Shown one piece after another: positions 38,878 to 51,008 of a stretch of DNA of 64,000 nucleotides. Position 1 is the first letter of the stretch. Each line of letters begins with the position of its first letter. This DNA is from Octopus sinensis (taxonomy: Eukaryota), in NCBI RefSeq assembly GCF_006345805.1, contig NC_042997.1, positions 212,350,001 through 212,414,000 on the forward strand, read 5' to 3'. The notes below the pieces were generated by a model. The model was not told where the DNA came from. It saw only the letters and a list, made by a program, of their open reading frames with translations, and ran no database searches. A program made the position numbers and the translations under genes.

Positions 38878-38944
38878 TTAAAGCTGGTAAGAAACAATTA
38901 TTCCATGTTGCTCTTATCATCTCCTTATTACAGTTATATATATA

Positions 38945-39472
38945 TAATAATAATAATAATATTAGGGAGTAAATCCAAACTTACAGGGAAAAATTAGATT
39001 TAGGATTAAATCCAATTTTACAATATAAATATTAATTAAATTAGAGATAAAACCACTATTAGGCAAATCAAACAGTGAAAAACATAAACTAAAACATAGA
39101 AATAAAATTAATTAATATAATATACAAAATATATAAAATATAAAATTCAAAATTTAAATTATTTAAATTTAAAGTTAAAAGTTTAAAATTATTAATTCAT
39201 ATTTATAAATCTTTATATATATATATATGTTTTTTTTAATTTTTATTTATTATTTATTTATTTATTTATTTAAAAAAAATATATATATATATAAAAATTT
39301 ATAAATATAAATTAATAATTTTAAATTTTTTACTTTAAATTTAAATAATTTAAATTTTGAATTTTATATTTATATATTTTGTATATTATATTAATTAATT
39401 TTATTTCTATGTTTTAGTTTATGTTTTTCATTGTTTGATTTGCCTAATAGTGGTTTTATCTCTAATTTAATT
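38945..39472. repeat. AT-rich element with a fold-back of about 205 bp (arms 39034-39239 and 39271-39472)
   Basis: aattaaattagagataaaaccactattaggcaaatcaaaca...; its reverse complement ends at 39472; the loop is (TTTA)n. Confidence 0.88.
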
Positions 39473-39476
39473 TATA

Positions 39477-39572
39477 TCCAGCCGTAGAAACACTGCCAGC
39501 TTCACAGACCCCAGTTGACCCGTCCAACCCATGCTAGCATGGAAAGTGGACGCTAAATGATGATGATGATGA
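39477..39572 (+). mobile_element. Family C 3' fragment
   Basis: atccagccgtagaaac...ccatgctagcatggaaagtggacgctaaatgatgatgat. Confidence 0.8.
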
Positions 39573-41184
39573 TATATATAGGTTTGGTTGACAAGTTAAA
39601 CTGAAATGAAGACAGCATGTTCTTTGTCTATCTCCTTACCTTCTTGGAGGTTTTAGGTAAAATTATACTGTGTCCACCTGTTTTAATTTAATTAAATTCT
39701 ATGTCTTTGTGCAGCTGAGGATTGCTCTACATTTAAATTGATATAATGATTGCATTGTCCAATTAAATGGAGTCGCTTGAAACGATCGTACTGCATTACC
39801 TCTGGATATCCTTGTTGCTTATTTTGATCCTGTCACACATATCTAATAATATCATTCCTTTCATATGTAACTTCCTTAATGATTGTCTTCCACATCAAAG
39901 GCTGTCCTGTGGGGACACTTAACCTATCAACCTGTTTGACCTCCCCCTACCCCTTTGGCAAGGAACATTCTGTTACGTATTCCTATCAAATCTTTAATGA
40001 GAAGATAACTTGATGAAATTCTTTACTACATCAACCTGTTAGTTTCAGTCTGTCTTTTACCAACCATGCTGTAGCAATTTATAAATGACATGACTGTTAC
40101 CATAGCAACAATAAAATATTTGTTGTACAAGATGAAGTATAATATTACGATCAGAGTCACCCATTTTTATATTTGTGATTGCAAACAATCTTCTAATCCC
40201 TTTGGGATTATCATCAATTTCACAAGATGTCAGTAGACTAATTACCCATTAATGGATACCTCTGACACCAAAGCTTTAAAGAAGTCGTGACCTTCTGGTA
40301 ATGATGTTTGGCTCATGATCATAAGGTTGTGTGTTCAGTCTCTGACCTAGGCAGCGTATTGTGTTCTTGAAGAGATTTGTCAGTAACCTACAATGAAGAG
40401 GAAGCAATAACAGCAGAAAAATGGTGGTGGGGGGGGGGCAAGGGCACTCGATGATGTAGGGGGTGTGGGCCTTTGTTGAGTTGAACAGGATAAAGAGCGA
40501 TGACATCAGAAAGAACAGAGTATGTGGGGGACAGCAGCCATAGTATGATGATGATGATGATGGAGACAGAGCTATTGGGGGTGGGGGGTGCAGAGGTGGA
40601 TGTAACAAAGTCGAATTATCTTTGTTTTGGGTAAATTTGAATATTCCAAATACACATTTATCACTGATGAGTGGAAGAGCTATTAATTTCGATTGATTTA
40701 TTGGCTGAATGAATATTTTTATCACAATATCTTTAATGTAGACGTTTTGTCTGAAGAAAATATGCTGCTGCCATCACATTCTTGTATTCTTTGATGACCT
40801 TTTCCCCGTATTTATAAAACTTGGAACTTCCATGTTCTGCTTGATTTATCACAACTTATCTCATGGGTTTGAAGAGGTTGTGTGTGCACTAGGGTGGGTC
40901 CCTTGGCACAGCTCCCAGCCAGCCAGCCAGCTTTCTCTTTCTTAAATTTGCTCTTCCAACATGACCACCATTCTGGATCCTCATGGAACTCTGCTTCAGG
41001 CAATTATTCTCATTGATATAACATGGTCTTTGACTGTCCCATTTGTCCAGATCATTGGAGTCTGTTTGTTGGTTGATAATATCTCTTAAACCACTTCCCG
41101 TTTTTGATAACTAATCTGCATTGACTCACGACTTGATAAATCTAAACTCGTCAATGAGTTTCTTTGATTAACAGATTATTATCT

Positions 41185-41465
41185 AACTGCAAGTCGCCTT
41201 ACTGGCACCTGTGCCGGTGGAATGTGTAAAAAGATTCGAGCAAAGTCGTTGCCAGTACTGCCTGACTGGCCCCCATGCCAGTGGCACGTAAAAAGCACCC
41301 ACTACACTCTCAGAGTGGTTAGTGTTAGGAAGGGCATCCAGCTGTAGAAACTCTGCCGGATCAAGATTGGAGCCTGGTGCAGCCGTCTGGTTCGCCAGCC
41401 CTCAGTCAAAATCATCCAACACATGCCAGCATGGAAAGCAGACGTTAAACGACGATGATGATGAT
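41185..41465 (+). mobile_element. SINE-like family C
   Basis: cacgtaaaaagcacccactacactctcagagtggttagtgttaggaagggcatccagc...gacgttaaacgacgatgatgat. Confidence 0.85.
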
Positions 41466-41719
41466 GCAAGGGGAATTCCAGCGGTTTTGAGACTTCTTAG
41501 GAGAGGCAGCTGTAACTGTCCTAGATTATCACAATTTTAGTAAATCATTATCATTCGTTTAATCCTTTAGCATTCAAATTTCTCTGTCAAATGTGATGCT
41601 TGTCTATTCACATTGTTTTGAATTAATCCTGCATTATCTTGTAACTTTGAGATTTCAATTATGTTATTTGTATTTTTTTGGAACGACATTGTAGGATAGG
41701 TGTAAGAGGCCTGATGTTG

Positions 41720-42000
41720 TTGTTTTTTGATACCTCATTTCTGAGCCCTTTATTACAAGGTCCTTATGTTTACTACAGATGTTTTGAAGAAGTTTTGCCA
41801 TTTGCTGGAATTGACAAATCTATGAGCAGATATGTTTTCTTAGCATGAATTTTGACCACAATATCTGTTCTATTGAACTGGACAGAACGATCAGTTTGGA
41901 TGCTAAAGTCCCAAAGAATGGTGATATTCTTATAACATCTTGGTAAAGTTATGTTCCCCACCAGTTCTTCTCGTATAAAAGTCCAGACTTACAGTGTATG
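41720..42000 (-). mobile_element. R4/Dong-like LINE REL-domain fragment
   Basis: ILWDFSIQTDRSVQFNRTDIVVKIHAKKTYLLIDLSIPAN. Confidence 0.75.
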
Positions 42001-42359
42001 ATCTGGCAAAAACTGGTCAATGATGATTAATATATTTATTTAAGGTTAACATAGAGAACCCAGGAACATGGTGGTCAGTTGTTTCTTGCACCACAAAAGC
42101 AGCATCAGGCAGGATCAGTACCATTTTTAAGAATGCTTGCCTGGTGGTTTCTGATTTATGTCCCAATACAGCCAACCACTGCTGGACCATATTTATATAT
42201 ACATCAGCCTCACTGGCCTTTGTAGGCTCTTCCTATACAATGCTTTACTTTTCTATGTATTTCACAGCTCTGGGATTCCATTTGATCTCATTGTTTTCAT
42301 CTGCTCTGCTGTTCCAGTGGCTTCTGTTTCATCGGGTTACTCCTCACTCTCAGGCATAT

Positions 42360-42680
42360 ATATAATAATAATAATAATGAAATTATTGTATACAGTGCTC
42401 AGGTGCACCACAACTTGTCAAAAGTGCATATAAAGTATATGCAGTAATGTACAAATGTCTGGAAAGCGAACAATGTATGAGTCAGATACATGCTTGTGTG
42501 GGTATGGAGGGGAGAAAATCAGGTGTAGTGTTGGCGAATCTCAGGAAGCATGGAAGTTTTGAAGGATGCAGTGCTCCGACAACTAACAACTGATGCCGGC
42601 AGTTTGTTCCATGCTTCAGCAACTCTTAGTGTGAAAAAATGTTTCCGAAAGTCATGGAAGGAGCTGTGCTGTTTTCTGAC
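42360..42680 (-). mobile_element. CR1/L2-group LINE 3' end, same family as 33310
   Basis: Reverse complement of catgactttcggaaacattt...agagttgctgaagcatggaacaaactgcc; (AAT)n at the tail end. Confidence 0.8.
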
Positions 42681-42879
42681 TTTCCTTTCTGTTTCTCTTT
42701 TTTTCTGATATTGAGCACAGTTTTTTGGAACTTAATATTTGCTGACAAGTTTAAGCATCCAGTTGTTGGTGTTCTTTAGATAATCCCCTGTGGCTTCTAT
42801 CTTTAGAGACAGCTGCCAGCTGCAGCAGTCCATGTCTGCCATCCTTTCTTGTGATGTATAATATAGCTACATCTTTTTT

Positions 42880-43148
42880 TTGAGTAATGCCTGCAGTGCA
42901 TTATGATAATTCACTTCCCAGCTGGCACAAACGCACGGGCGGGCAGCGATGATAGAGGAGGACCTCTCCGAACTCTCAGGTCTGCAGGTGGTTGGTCTGC
43001 GCAGATGGAACCGCAAATGGCGCACTATCTCCAGTGACCTCGCACAGCACCGTCGAGCATGGGCCGCCATGTTTCGTGATGCCGTTAGGACCAGAGAAGA
43101 AGCTGGCTCAACCTGCCCTGGGTGAATGCCATCACAAGTTCAAGTAAG
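42880..43148 (+). mobile_element. RTE-clade LINE 3' end
   Basis: MIEEDLSELSGLQVVGLRRWNRKWRTISSDLAQHRRAWAAMFRDAVRTREEAGSTCPG*, then a caagttcaagtaag tail. Confidence 0.7.
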
Positions 43149-43309
43149 TGCATTATGAGGAGTTTGCATCTGTTTGGATCAATTTTTCTCTCCCTGATGG
43201 ACCATTTTATGCTGTTAAAGTTACAAATCACAACTTGTACAGCCAAGGTATTGAGTGCATCAATCCTATTCTGTACATTAAGTTTGCTCTTTAGGATAGT
43301 TTTAATTCC

Positions 43310-44330
43310 ATGATAACATTCTCTCCAATTATTATTAAGCCAATGCTTGCTAATTTAGTTGTCAGGTATTTTATCTTGAGGTTTGGTGACAACAGGTCTC
43401 CTCAAATCTCAAGAATTTTTCTTAGGATTCTTGCCAAACACAGGATGGTACTATTCTACGGGTTGACAATACAAGTTTCAGTTACAGTCTCTTAGGTAGA
43501 ATTTTGGGTGTTGGTGACAAATACACCGATTTACTACTGGAATAATTGTTTTCTTGCTCTTCTGCATCCTCCTCAGTTCCCTGGCTATGTTCATATATTT
43601 CTCAATTGCTCTCGTATTCACTCCGCCATCATAAGGAATTGCTCAATCTATGATCTTGCTCTGTTTCTTAATTTTCTGCTCTATAATCATGTTTGGTCGT
43701 CTTGTTTCAATAGCATGGTCAGCCTTTGTGGCAAAGTCCCACAACAGGCGCAGGAGTGGCTGTGTGGTAAGTAGCTTGCCTACCAACCACATGGTTCCGG
43801 GTTCAGTCCCACTGCGTGGCACCTTGGGCAAGTGTCTTCTACTATGGCCTCGGGCCGACCAAAACCTTGTGAGTGGATTTGGTAGACGGAAACTGAAAGA
43901 AGACCGTCGTATATATGTATATATATATATGTGTGCGTGTATGTTTGTGTGTCTGTGTCTGTCCCCCTAGCATTGCTTGACAACCGATGCTGGTGTGTTT
44001 ACATCCCCATCACTTAGCGGTTCGGCAAAAAAGAGACCGATAGAATAAGTACTGGGCTTACAAAGAAGAAGTCCTGGGGTCGATTTGCTCGACTGAAGGC
44101 GATGCTCCAGCATGGCCGCAGTTAAATGACTGAAACAAGTAAAAGAGTAAGAGTAAAGAGTAACATTTCATTATTTTCATATTCTGTCACAGCCCCTGGT
44201 ACGTATTGTTGTCACTATTGATTTGACTCAGGTTTGGTCTTATTCCTGGCAATGGGTTACTACCTGTAACCTTAGGCATACACAATCTTTCAATAATCTT
44301 TCATGTGTTTAAGACCCCCCTCTTAATCTT
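43310..44330 (-). mobile_element. R4/Dong-like LINE REL fragment split by a SINE B insertion
   Basis: Removing 43747-44165 restores YENNEMLWDFATKADHAIETRRPNMII...SKIID*AIPYD...IEKY. Confidence 0.78.
43747..44161 (+). mobile_element. Full-length tRNA-derived SINE family B
   Basis: ggcgcaggagtggctgtgtggtaagtagc, B-box gggttcagtccc, internal (TA)n/(TG)n and a gagtaa-repeat tail; AACA duplicated at 43743-43746 and 44162-44165. Confidence 0.9.
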
Positions 44331-44529
44331 TCCTGTCCCTAAGTGACAAACTTTCTCCTGAAACTCTTCAGGACATTCTATTCCAATCTCATTCAACTAT
44401 TTCTCTATATCTTTACTTACAGTTTCCATTTACTCCAGTTATTATTATTGTTCTTCTTCTTCTTATTATTATCATTATTTTGTTGTTATTTTATTTCTCT
44501 GAGCTCTTGTTCTTTCTGGTTGATTCTGT

Positions 44530-45140
44530 GAGAGCAGACAGCAACCTGGTGTTATCAGAGGTGTGACAGCGTCTCTTTCCACAAATTATAAGCTTTGGTA
44601 CTTGGATGGTAACTTATCGTGGAAGCCACCCAACACCCCATCACCAGTCTCAAAATCCTAGCTGTCCCCATTAGAGCAGGTTTTTAGGCCTGCTCTGCCC
44701 TCATGTCAATTCCAGTTTCTCTGACATATTCCTCATACCTGGTTGTTCCAAGGGTCCCTAAAACTACTGGGATAACAGTTACTCTCCTCATTGACCACAT
44801 TCTTGTAATTTCATCTTTTAGTAGTCTGTACTTCTCCATCTTTCCCACCTCTTTGTCCCCTACGCGTGCATCCTCAGGAATGGCAATATCTCTTATCTTG
44901 GTTTCCTTTTGTCTTTTATTTATCACAAGGTCAGGTCTCCAAGCATTGATTAGGGAGTCACATTGGATTGTCAAATCTCACAGGGTCTTATATTCATTGT
45001 TCTCAGTGATGCCCTCTGGTCCATATTTCTACCATTTCCATGTTCTGCCCAGACCATACGTTTCCCACAGTTTCCAGTGAACAGACTTAGCCACGTTATT
45101 GTGCCTCCTCTTTTTCTAGTGCTTTTGGGGCCAGCTTGCT
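44530..45140 (-). mobile_element. R4/Dong-like LINE 3' fragment (REL)
   Basis: IQCDSLINAWRPDLVINKRQKETKIRDIAIPEDARVGDKEVGKMEKYRLLKDEITRMW...IPVVLGTLG. Confidence 0.82.
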
Positions 45141-45164
45141 AATCAATATTATTATTATTATTAT

Positions 45165-45362
45165 TTGGCAGAGTCATTAGTACACCAGCAAAACGCTTAG
45201 CAGCATTTCTCCCATCGCTACGTTCAAATTCTGCCAAGGTTGACTTTGCCTTTCATCCTTTCGGAGTCAATAAATTAAGTACCATTTGCATACAGGGGCT
45301 GATCTAATTGACTGGCCCTCTCCCCACAAATTTCAGGCCTTATTCCTAGAGTGGAAAGGTTT
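45165..45362 (+). mobile_element. SINE family D
   Basis: ttggcagagtcattagtacacc...ttcaaattctgccaaggttgactttgcctttcatcctttcggagtc. Confidence 0.75.
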
Positions 45363-45384
45363 ATTGTTTTTATTATCCAGATAC

Positions 45385-45746
45385 AGTGAAGTACGTCAAC
45401 ATCAAAATGAAAATCAAATGGAAATTGTAGTTAAGATACCCGTGCCGGTGACACATAAAAAGCACCAACCGAATGTGGCAGATGCCAACGCCACCTGACT
45501 GGCGTCCATGTCGGTGACACGTAAAAGCACCAACCAATCATGGCCGTTTGCCAGCCTCCTCTGGCATGTAAAAAGCACCCACTACACTCACAGAGTGGTT
45601 GGCGTTAGGAAGGGCATCCAGCTGTAGAAACACTGCTTGATGAGACTGGAGCCTGGCGCAGCCTCCATGGCTTACCAGACCCCGGTCAAACTGTCCAACC
45701 CATGCTAGCATAGAAAATTGACGTTAAACGACGATGATGATGATGA
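45385..45746 (+). mobile_element. SINE-like family C
   Basis: Contains internal modules and ends ccatgctagcatagaaaattgacgttaaacgacgatgatgat. Confidence 0.85.
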
Positions 45747-46259
45747 TTCCTCTTTGGTCCAGCTCTGATTGGCTTCTTCAGGTTTCACTTGAAAGGGAAA
45801 TTGAGAGTGAAGAGAGAAGGGCTGTCCTCGAGTGAGTTTATTGAAAGGTGGGTGAAAGTTGCAAAAATGGCAAGAGTGGATGGTACCTCTCTAAGTGTAG
45901 ATCTGTGAGTTGGAGAGAAGAAATTGGAGAGAGCACTTGGTCTTGGGGTTTCAGGGAAATCTCAGACAGTGGGGTTCCTCGATTATCCCTAGAGGTGTTC
46001 CTGTATCAGGAGAGCCACATCTCGATCACCCTCCCCATTTCTTTTTTTTTTTTTTGCTTTTGTATGCTATGCATCTGTCCCTTCTTTCCCAGTGTACACT
46101 GTGTATACTTTTGTTTGTTTTTATTTTTTTGATTTATCTATTTTTTTATCATTTCATTATTATATGTAAACCCCTAAACTTTATGTCTGTCTCTGTATTT
46201 CCCCCTCATCCTTCACCCTTGTGGAAAATAAATGATATCATTATCATTTTTATATGAAA

Positions 46260-47450
46260 ACCCAGTTTATTTTGGTGGGTATAATGGAAAGTGTCGGTTG
46301 TCCACAACCAGAAGACTAAGGTAACACTTGTTAACTGGTCATGCTTCAAGAACCCTGTGAAGAATTCTTGCATATCCAATCAGTGCTGATTTTTGTAGGT
46401 GTCCTACCTTCACACTTGCACCAATCTTTTTCAGCCAGGTTGGTAGTTGAGTGCTGATACTTCCAAGTGCACCAATTCCTATTGGTATCACATCTATTCT
46501 CTTCATATTTCCTACTTTGAATCAACATAGTTGTTTATTTCTTCTTCTTTCAAATTGATCCTGTTGTCATTGGGGCTTGCTATGTCAATTATCATACATG
46601 TTCTTTCTTTTTTCTTCACCACAATAATGTCCAGTTTCCTATGTCTGGCCAGGTGATCACACTGGATCATTACATCCTGCAGGATTTTGCAATTCTCATT
46701 TTTGGTGACTCATTCTAGGGTTTGTTCATACTATGTCTTTGCTCATTGTAGGCTGTGATTGCCACAGACCTCTCAATGGATCATTCTTGTCACATTGTCA
46801 TGGCATCATTTATATTCGCTTTGTGCCAATTTCAGGAATTTGATAATGATGTGCCATGCTGTTTCACCCTTCTCAACACACATTCTGCATTTGTTGCTAT
46901 TGGTAGTGTTGTCAATTCTGCACTTCATATAATTGGTCCTTAATGCTTGTTCTTGAGCTGCACATATGAATGCTTCTGTCTCTATCTTCAGGTCTCTCCT
47001 CCTCAGCCATGGCCACCAGTCCTCTGTATCTGTTTTGGCATTCACTTCTCTTGCAAACTGACTGTACATTTTTTTTCTTTCCGTACTTTTTCTTTCTTGT
47101 TTTTTTATTTTTTATTTTTTTTTTTAATTTTTCTTAAGTTACACAATTTTCAGTTTTGATGACACCGGTCTTCTTCTTCATGTGTTTCAACAGTGGCTCC
47201 ACGGCATTTTTTATATACCACCCTAGACTGTTTTGATACAGTCCTGTCAACTGATCAAACCTCTCCCACCCTTTCTTCTGAACAAGTATAGCCTATCAGT
47301 GTCACTCTTAGGATGGAAGGCTCCATGTACTGTCAACATTTTTCTGGTCTTGGTAGCCATTTTCTTAATTTTTCTCTTCCATTTCACAATTCCCACTGCA
47401 TACCGAAATGATGCTACCACTCACATATTAACTGCTTGGATTTTATTCCA
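46260..47450 (-). mobile_element. R4/Dong-like LINE 3' half (thumb, zinc knuckle, REL)
   Basis: HGAFHPKSDTDRLYLFRRKGGRGL; ETEAFICAAQEQALRTN...KCRMCVEKGETAWHII; RHRKLDIIVVKKKERTCMIIDIASPND...IPIGIGALG. Confidence 0.85.
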
Positions 47451-48194
47451 TCCAGTCAATTATTATCATTATTATTATTGTTGTTGTTGTTACTATTATT
47501 ATTATTATTATTGCTGTGAGCTAGCAGACTTGCAAGGATGTTAGATAAAATGCTTAGTGGCATTTTTTCCATTTCTATGTTTTGAGTTGAAATTCCACTG
47601 AGATTGGAGCAATGAAATAAGTACCCGTCAAATACTGGAAGGAAGGTGGGGGAGGGGGGGAGGTCAGTGTAACTGATTGTTCTTCTCACTAAAAAAACGC
47701 TGGCCCTATGGGAAACCTTTTTACACTATTAAACCCTACCCCTTTTGTGTTGTGTTGTCCTGTGCTATCCCCAATCTTTTATATAAACCCTTGCTGCTGA
47801 ATAAAGAAAACAATCATCATCATCAGTATTATTATTATTATTCCTTATTAGCAAAACGATGCTATTGATTCAGTTTTGCTTTATTTACCAAATATACCAA
47901 AGATAGCTAGAAATTCTTTTGTTTTCCTCCCCCATTTAATTCCTGAAGAAAACCATTAAGTGGTGCTTCCCAGATCGATTAAACTATTAACTTCTTCTTT
48001 GGTGGTTTTATTTCCTCTAAACTTTCGCTAATTTCATTGTCTCAATTCTTATTGCCCATTGTTAATAAACACTTAAAAGAACAAAGACAAGAGATAAAAG
48101 TTCTCTGATCATCACTTTTATTATTATTATTATTTTAATTTAGCTGAGAAATTTAGGAAAGAAATATAGCTTACCTGCTAGAAGCATTGAGATA

Positions 48195-48645
48195 ACGCAG
48201 GCAGGGCTGTGTGGTAAAAAGCTTGCTTCCCAACCACGTTCAGTACCAATGCATGGTGGAAACTGAAAGAAGCCTGCCATATATAAATATGTATGTATAT
48301 GTGTATATGCGTGGCATCTTGGGCAAGTGTCTTCTGCTATAGCCCCGGGCCGACCAATGCCTTGTGAGTGGATTTGGTAGACGGAAACTGAAAGAAGCCT
48401 GTCGTATATATGTATATATATGTATATGTAAGTGTGTGTGTTTGTGTGTCTGTGTTTGTCCCCCTAGCATTGCTTGACAACCGATGCTGGTGTGTTTACG
48501 TCCCCGTCACTTAGCGGTTCGGCAAAAGAGACCGATAGAATAAGTACTAGACTTACAAAGAATAAGTCCCGGGGTCGATTTGCTCGACTAAAGGCGGTGC
48601 TCCAGCATGGCCGCAGTCAAATGACTGAAACAAGTAAAAGAGTAA
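48195..48645 (+). mobile_element. SINE family B with a rearranged 5' end
   Basis: The block ggaaactgaaagaagcctg is duplicated; the 3' half matches 43747-44161. Confidence 0.85.
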
Positions 48646-48899
48646 ATATACACACACACACATTATTGTGTCTGGGGAGGGTCATTCTCTTTTAGTGCCT
48701 TATTAACTTAGCCCACTCACCGGTCGGATTTCCATTCATTTGCTTATCTATTTCTACTAAAGTTTTCATTGCATCTTGCAACCTTTTCAATAGTTGACTC
48801 TGTCCATTATTGGAACTGCATTCATTTTTGTTTGTTCGTTTGTGCACGTGTGTGTGCATGCTCATAAACGTATGTATGTATTTATTTCTACGTCTATGC

Positions 48900-48932
<33 letters not shown>

Positions 48933-49264
48933 ATATATATGTATATGTATGAATGTGTACACATTTGTATGTATGTATTCTGCATATCCATGAGCTTGTG
49001 GATTCATGTTTGCATGTTTGTGTTCATGTGTGTGTCGCTCTGTCTCCTTGTGTGTGTCTGTGTATGGGTTTCTGTGACTATATAAACTGTGGTTATTGGA
49101 ATATAACATCTTTGTATATTTCCCATTTAGTACTGAGGATGTTTCATTAATGACGATATACTCTTGTACTTGTCTGAGTCTTGGGTCCTTCGGGTGCTTG
49201 GATAAAAAATGCTTCAACACACAAATTCACATTAAGAATCTTGCAAATCAAATACAAAAACGAA

Positions 49265-49308
<44 letters not shown>

Positions 49309-49321
49309 CATACAGTATATA

Positions 49322-50561
49322 CCGTAAAAACCCATATAATATACACACGTTTTTTTGCAGAAATATAAATAAACTTTATTGGGTGCATAAATTACATGAG
49401 TAGATCATTTCCAGAATTTTTTGAAATTTTTTTTGTTGAAAAAATGTACAAAGCGTAGACATTTGAACCGGAAGTTGATTCATTTGATGTGAGAATAGGC
49501 TTCAACAGAAAAATTATGATTTAATACACAGAATGAAGTTGACTTTTATTTATGCTGGACGGTATAATGCTTACTTTTTCTGTATAAATTTAGTAAAACC
49601 ATTAAGTGATGAACTACTTTTTGAAGTCTGACATCTATGCTGGTAAACACGGCCTGGGCCCTAATTTACATTGCTTGGAGTATCTGCCTATCACAACAGA
49701 GCACCATTGACATACATAGTGATATGGATATTCCTGACTGAGAAAACTGTAACGATGTGGATAATCTTGATTGTATGCTTTTAATTTTGTCTCTTCATTA
49801 CTAGGCACAGTTTTAAGATTTGTCCTACTGTTTCTGCCAATTTCCAACATTGGCTTCATGAACATTAGAATGCCTTCCAGCAGCTCAATTGCTATGTTCA
49901 AATGTAATATTCATCATATTTAATTTCTCCTTTGCAGCAAACGATTCACAAGTTCTGCCCATACTCACAATAAGAGTAATGACAAATTTTAAAGTTTGCT
50001 TGACATTTTATAAGTGTGAAAGCAATTCAAATTTCGATCCTCCACATCAAAGGTTCCACCAAGAGAAGGCAGAAAAGAATTCTGTTTCCATAATCAGTTT
50101 GATCGGTCACCTTCCTCTGTCGGTTGAGAAAAGTGTCATCCAACCTGATGTCTATTGGTAATTAAGCTTAATTTGCAATACCTGTGCATATTCATCTTAT
50201 TAATAATTCTTATGAACAACTTTTCCTGCGATTGTGATTTGAGAAGACGTACAGCAGTTTGCTAAAATCTCTTGGGGGCAACAAATGTAAAATAAAGTTT
50301 ATGGTAAACAGCACAAACACTATGTAAATTAATAGCTTTCAATGTTAAACAGAAATTATTTTTATTTAATGAAAATTTAATAAAATCTATTCTTAAGTAA
50401 GTGAAATTATGCTAAATACAACTAAATTGAAAACCATTTTTCCTTTGGCTATATCAGCAATTCTGAAAACTTTTAGGTGCGAATTCTACATTTAACAAAT
50501 TTTATCCTGAAAATCACCTGCATAAATTACACAGGTGTGCAAATTACATAGGCTTTTATGG
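49322..50561. mobile_element. Non-autonomous TIR element copy 2, 1240 bp, inverted relative to copy 1
   Basis: TA|CCGTAAAAACCCATATAATATACACAC ... GTGTGCAAATTACATAGGCTTTTATGG|TA; ORF-track peptides match those of copy 1 on the opposite strand. Confidence 0.85.
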
Positions 50562-50859
50562 TATATATACATATATATATACATCAGTGTGTGTGCTTTG
50601 TGTCTGTTTGTCCCCCACCCCACCACTTAACCAGTATTGGTGTGTTTGCATCCTTCTAACTTAGTGATTTGACAAAAGAAAATGATTAAATAATCACCAG
50701 GTTAAAAACAAAAAAAAGTACTGGGGTCACTTCACTGCCAACATCCTGGGCTTAAGAATTAAGAGAGGATCTGATGTTGCCTCCATAGCAGCACCACCAA
50801 ATGACCGGACCTGACCAATACAAGCTGACATTTGGAAGCCATATTGAATTTATCTCAAA

Positions 50860-51008
50860 TTGGTTGGCGTTAGGAAGGGCATCCAGTTGTAGAAACATTG
50901 CCAGATAAGACCGGAGCCTGGTGCAGCCTCCTGGCTTCCCAGATCCCCGGTCGAACCGTCCAACCCATGCTAGCATGGAGAACGGACGTTAAACGATGAT
51001 GATGATGA
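50860..51008 (+). mobile_element. Family C 3' fragment
   Basis: ggttggcgttaggaagggcatccag...ccatgctagcatggagaacggacgttaaacgatgatgat. Confidence 0.85.

Noticed and set aside
49637-49741. 34-aa signal-peptide-like ORF (MLVNTAWALIYIAWSICLSQQ...) in both TIR element copies
   Set aside because: It is short, and its conservation is explained by recent duplication of the element; there is no splice or expression evidence.
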